The notes beneath the pieces were generated by a model. The model was not told the DNA's origin and did no database searches. It was given only the letters and a program-made list of their open reading frames with translations. A program made the position numbers and the translations under genes. From Ylistrum balloti (Eukaryota): DNA of 64,000 nt. Position 1 is the first letter of the stretch; each line of letters starts with the position of its first letter. The stretch is from contig NW_026782195.1 of assembly GCF_031769215.1 (NCBI RefSeq), forward strand, positions 992,001 to 1,056,000, given 5' to 3'. Of the stretch, positions 59,901 through 64,000 are shown one piece after another.

Positions 59901-62900
59901 CGAGTGGTGTAATTCATCCAACTTGCAGTCTCTTGAATCAATAGAAATATATGTAATATAATTTCGAACAATTTTGATTTTGTCTGTGACGCCTTGCCTA
60001 TATTGAGATGAACAGACACCAGTGCCCACCTAACCGTAGTCTGGGTGTACATCTAACCTACATCTCCTGCCGTGTAGAGATCCACTTGATAGCCATTGTA
60101 ACCGTTTATGCTGTATCACACAAAAGCAATGCTGACATAGTTTACTGCGATTATCATAAATCTAAAAAGCAGCACTTTTTACCTTGTATATTACCCACAG
60201 GGAAATTACATAGTTGATACAGTACACAATACACACGTGTCAGTAAGGAATGTCGTCTAGTAGATGTTTTCATCGTCGTGATGATGAAGGTGATGTGATA
60301 GTATATGACAGCTGTCTCACCTTTCCGCCCTCCTTTTGTATCTATATTTATCTCTAGTTTTAAATTTGATAGTCATTAAAACTTTAAAGACACAAAATTT
60401 ATATATATTTTTTTATATTTTATCATCCATAAATATGATATAAAATATATTGCCATTCTCACGTTCGTTCACATATGATTGAAGTACATGCACTTGTTTT
60501 CGTTTAAGAGCAACACAGAATTTTCTCTTTAATTAGTTTTGTAATTAGCCTAAATAAGTATACTCACTGTATCTTACTGATAAAATACATCTTAAAAATT
60601 GCAATTTAATCATATCAAATTTCTACTGCTTAAAATTACATTTTTTAACTTTCAAATATCTAGCCATTTATACTGAAACAATTGAGCTTTTTCTTATATA
60701 TTGTACAGGTGGATGTCAGCGTGCTGGTCAAGAGTATCCCATCAACTACGTCATCACAGAAAACTGTAACTCCTGGTAAGGTCCAGTTCTGTTTATTGGT
60801 CGCTCCTGATATAGGTAAAATCAATTGCCCCGTTCTGCATCAGAGCGTATTTACATCGGGCAACTACATAATTCTTGGTGCGCTAACATGTAACATTACA
60901 TTTAAATATCTTGCATGTCTCCTCACATTTAAACCATGTTTATGTAAAATTCAGGAATTAAAGCTAACATCCCGCATGCGCTATCACAATTGACATGCAT
61001 CTTGATTGATAAATACAATCATTGGGGGTTGTAAGTTTCTGCCAGAGACTATACAACACAGGTGAAAATATTTACCTGAGATAATGAGCAAACAGATTCA
61101 GAAAATTTGAAAGTTTGGTATAAGAGTTGTCTTGCCGGGCATAGTTAAAGCAACCTAAAATAAGTTCCCAAAGGGTACGCCAGTTTATTCAAGTTTAGTA
61201 TATTATGTGTGTGTGTATATATATATAGTAATTATATGTGAAACATTAACAGTTGGTCATTGACAATATGAGTTTATTCCCAGCACTTGTATTGTGGACC
61301 CAGCGTTCCAGAACCAGCAGAGATGGAACTGTACGAAACATGTTTGTCTCATACAAACCAAGTTGATCGGTCAGGTCAACAGCCACGATAGTGGGTAAGC
61401 CACACTTACAATAACTAGGTTGCAACGTCACAGCGTACACATTGTCCCATGTGTGCCCTGTCCTCTGTTACACCCAAACATGTCTGTTACACACCGCGTT
61501 GTGATAAGTAAACAAACAATTAAAGGTCACATTCCATTTACTTCATAGTCCGATAGTTTACATGTGACACCGTTAATGCAGCTTATAACCAGAGTAAACC
61601 ATCTTATCAGTTCAAATTCGTCTTATGACATTTCTGTATTAAATAGATTTCCGAACCGGTTAAAATTTTCTTGTCGTCTGCATCAGGCATAATTTCCCTA
61701 CCCATGTATTATGTTTCAAACTAAGTCATGTTCCTGTTCTGTATACCAGTCATCGTCTTTCTAACCAGGTATTATGGTCCTAACCAAGTCATAACCAGAT
61801 TTTTTCCTGACCTTGATGTCAAAATTGATGATCCTAACTAAGTAATTTTCGTTTCATGTGTACGAGACATCATCTATCTAACCAGATTATTTCCTAACGT
61901 TGATCTCGAAATTTATGGTCCTCATTAAGTCGTTTTTCCCGTGGTTTACTCAAGCATGACTTCGCTAATTAGGTACTTACCCCGACATTGACATCGACTA
62001 AGTGCATCACGTGAGACATTCTCTTGATAACGATGTTTCCTGCACTGTAATACTGAATTTTCGGACATAATTGTTAAGAATATTAGACCATGCCTACCCC
62101 TATTCGCTGTCTGCATTCCAACTCTGTTATAAATGGTAACATGATAGGACATCGGTCATTGGTATGACGACTCACAAGATGAACAGTTCTAGCTAAAGAA
62201 ACTAGAAAAGAGAGCTTTGAAATGATAAATCTATTCATATTTGCACCATTCGTTGACTGTATCAATCGTATATACCCGACAAAAACAAAATGTTTATTCG
62301 TGTAAATATTTCCCTGTTCATTCGTGTAAATATTTCCCTGTTCATAAATTGCTCTAAGTTGACCACTTTCTGAGTTGAAAGATTTTTGACCCTCGGTCTT
62401 TCAAGAGATGTCTTCTTCTTTCAAGACAAACTTACAATTTCAATTTATCTGTGTATCTAAACTGTTTTACATAACGCACTTTAGACTCTGACCATCAATA
62501 CTCGATTCAATTCGAATGTTTCGTCCCTTTTTTTATTGTGGAGCCGATCTCTGTTGTTGCCATAACGAGTTTTTTTGTAACTGCCAATAGATGGCGCGCT
62601 GGAAACTACTCCGCTTTTTGGGGCATGACCCTTGACGAGGGTATCCGATACAGACTGGGGACCATTCCGCCTGACGCAGACGTCAGGAACATGAAGCCTG
62701 TCAGAGGTTATACCAACACTTACCTTCCGGACGATTTCGATTCCAGAATACAGTGGCCAGGTCGGATACATCCCATTCGCGACCAGGGCAACTGTGGAGC
62801 ATCATGGGCGTTTTCCACAGTAGGTAAGACATTTAAACTGTTTCTTTGTAAGTGAAAGCTAAATTTAGTAAACTATGTTATGAACAAGGTACTTACTGAT

Positions 62901-63665
62901 ATCTTTCACCTGATCTATCAGTTTTTTTAATATGACTTTCTTGTACCATAGGGTGTAACGGGGTTGGCTTTTGCTGAAAGACCCCATTTTCGTTATTTTT
63001 TCATTAGTGACCTATCGTAGCATGAACTGTTACTATTCTGGCTATTTTAGCAACTGCTTCTGACCGATTGGCTATAGAATCAGACGGAATTCTTCAGGAG
63101 GAGTTATCTCCGCAACATCTACTTTCTTGTAATACCGCCAGAGGGCAGCTTGGTTGTGAAGGCGGATATCTTGATAAAGCATGGTGGTTTCTTCGCAAGA
63201 AAGGGTTAATATTTACACTTATTGATTTAAATAAACTAGAAGCAATTTGCAAAATATCTCTTTAACAGTTCTTCAATTTACATATCATAGCGCTTATTCA
63301 ACATTCAGTAATCTGGTCACTTTTCGTACACGAGTATATAAACGCCTTACGTTGCTATATGATCTCGTCATCAAAAATATTTGCTATTTGCATAGTTGTA
63401 GAAATGGTGAAATCTGATATTTAAATGTGATGTAATCCCAGACATAATTTCAGACTTTCCACCAGTTTCTAATCAATCTTTCTGCATGCTGTTCAGGATA
63501 GTATCTGAGGATTGTTATCCATATGTCAGCGGTAGCGATAACGAGGCTGGAATGTGTATGCTGAGGAACAAAAAAGATGCTAATACAGCACCATGTCCAA
63601 ACGGGCAAGCCAATAGTACGGGTCGGATTCTCTACTCCACACCACCGTACCGAATATCTGACGAC
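41969..63665 (+). CDS. TINAGL1: Tubulointerstitial nephritis antigen-like protein; 3'-partial. Exons 41969-42284, 60709-60775, 61284-61394, 62591-62823, 63051-63204, 63497-63665
   Basis: Signal peptide, somatomedin-B domain (CCPGRDDTC...CYCDVFC...DCCPDF), vWC-like GCQRAGQEY...NCNSC|TC...WNCTKHVCL, then cathepsin-B-like [14 protein letters not shown]...[24 protein letters not shown]...LSPQHLLSC...[18 protein letters not shown]|IVSEDCYPY. Phases 1,2,2,1,2 all consistent. Confidence 0.93.
43130..43700. repeat. 42-bp minisatellite, about 13 copies
   Basis: TATTGGCGCAGCATATTGTATTATAGCTAGTATAATGTCCAG. Confidence 0.96.
44595..44910 (-). mobile_element. Older family A fragment in TINAGL1 intron 1
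   Basis: GTGTTCCGAAAGAGTAAGCGTC, CAAATGAGAACAAG, TTCATCAACCCGCATCTTT and AATATCGAAACAACTGTGA are co-linear with 3473-3830. Confidence 0.65.
45229..45359. other. Assembly gap (131 N)
   Basis: Direct reading. Confidence 1.
51550..51710 (+). mobile_element. 3' end of a HINE-like element
   Basis: GGATGGACACACGCACGAAAGGACGGACGGA, then TAATACCCTCCACAAACGCGTTTCGAGGGGGTAATTA (imperfect terminal stem-loop). Confidence 0.45.
52901..53135. repeat. About 38-bp diverged tandem repeat, about 6 copies
   Basis: AGTTACCATGGTGAC...GAGCGTTGTAAG core at 52901, 52936, 52974, 53012, 53050, 53088. Confidence 0.8.
57070..58255. repeat. About 29-bp purine-rich minisatellite, about 40 copies
   Basis: GAGAGATGATTATATAGAG(G/A)ATGTCTGA(T/G). 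Confidence 0.97.
62296..62344. repeat. Perfect 24-bp tandem duplication
   Basis: ATTCGTGTAAATATTTCCCTGTTC x2. Confidence 0.95.
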
Positions 63666-64000
63666 GTGAGTCTTGAATGACCTTTAACCTTCCTGTCTTC
63701 ATTATCATCTATCTACTAATGAGAGAGATCGGTAACGCAATAACTAAGCTCATATTAAGATCTATGTTTCTATGTACCAAATACTTATACATACTGTAAT
63801 ATCACATTGTTTTATCGGGCTAAAATTCCCGTCGTCTTTCTTTTTAAAAAATGACTATTACGTGGGCAGATAATTTCGTGGATACAGTATATTTGTGTAC
63901 CTTCATATTACAAAAACAAAAATTAATAGCCCACGATACTAATGATTTTACAACAACCTGAACACTGTTAACCAAAGTTATACTGATAAAGGACAAGCTA

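Noticed and set aside
59792-60052. 86-aa minus ORF (also 53249-53551, 46699-46926, 62083-62265) as a nested antisense gene
   Set aside because: No recognisable homology and no phase-consistent exon chain could be assembled; not excluded without RNA data.

Overview
AT-rich, intron-containing animal genomic DNA. It is probably a marine invertebrate such as a bivalve mollusc, which is inferred from composition and repeat style and not proven. Six spliced protein-coding loci can be built by hand from GT-AG sites with consistent phases: (1) a minus-strand multi-pass membrane gene running off the left edge and missed by the ORF track; (2) facing away from it, a 9-exon gene encoding about 856 aa, made of three tandem GPR1/FUN34/YaaH (SatP/AceTr) channel domains fused to a C-terminal YrdC/Sua5 (TsaC) domain with intact motifs; (3) a GLOD5-like glyoxalase/VOC gene (minus strand); (4) Elongin C; (5) ECHDC1; (6) a TINAGL1-like gene with an 18.4-kb first coding intron, continuing past the right edge. 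The rest is minisatellites, interspersed repeat fragments, a decayed Penelope-like GIY-YIG remnant and two N gaps. The main candidate novel system is the head-to-head pair of tandem-repeat SatP-like channel paralogues, with ATGs 501 bp apart, one of them fused to a threonylcarbamoyl-AMP synthase-type domain. All exon models are manual and need RNA confirmation.
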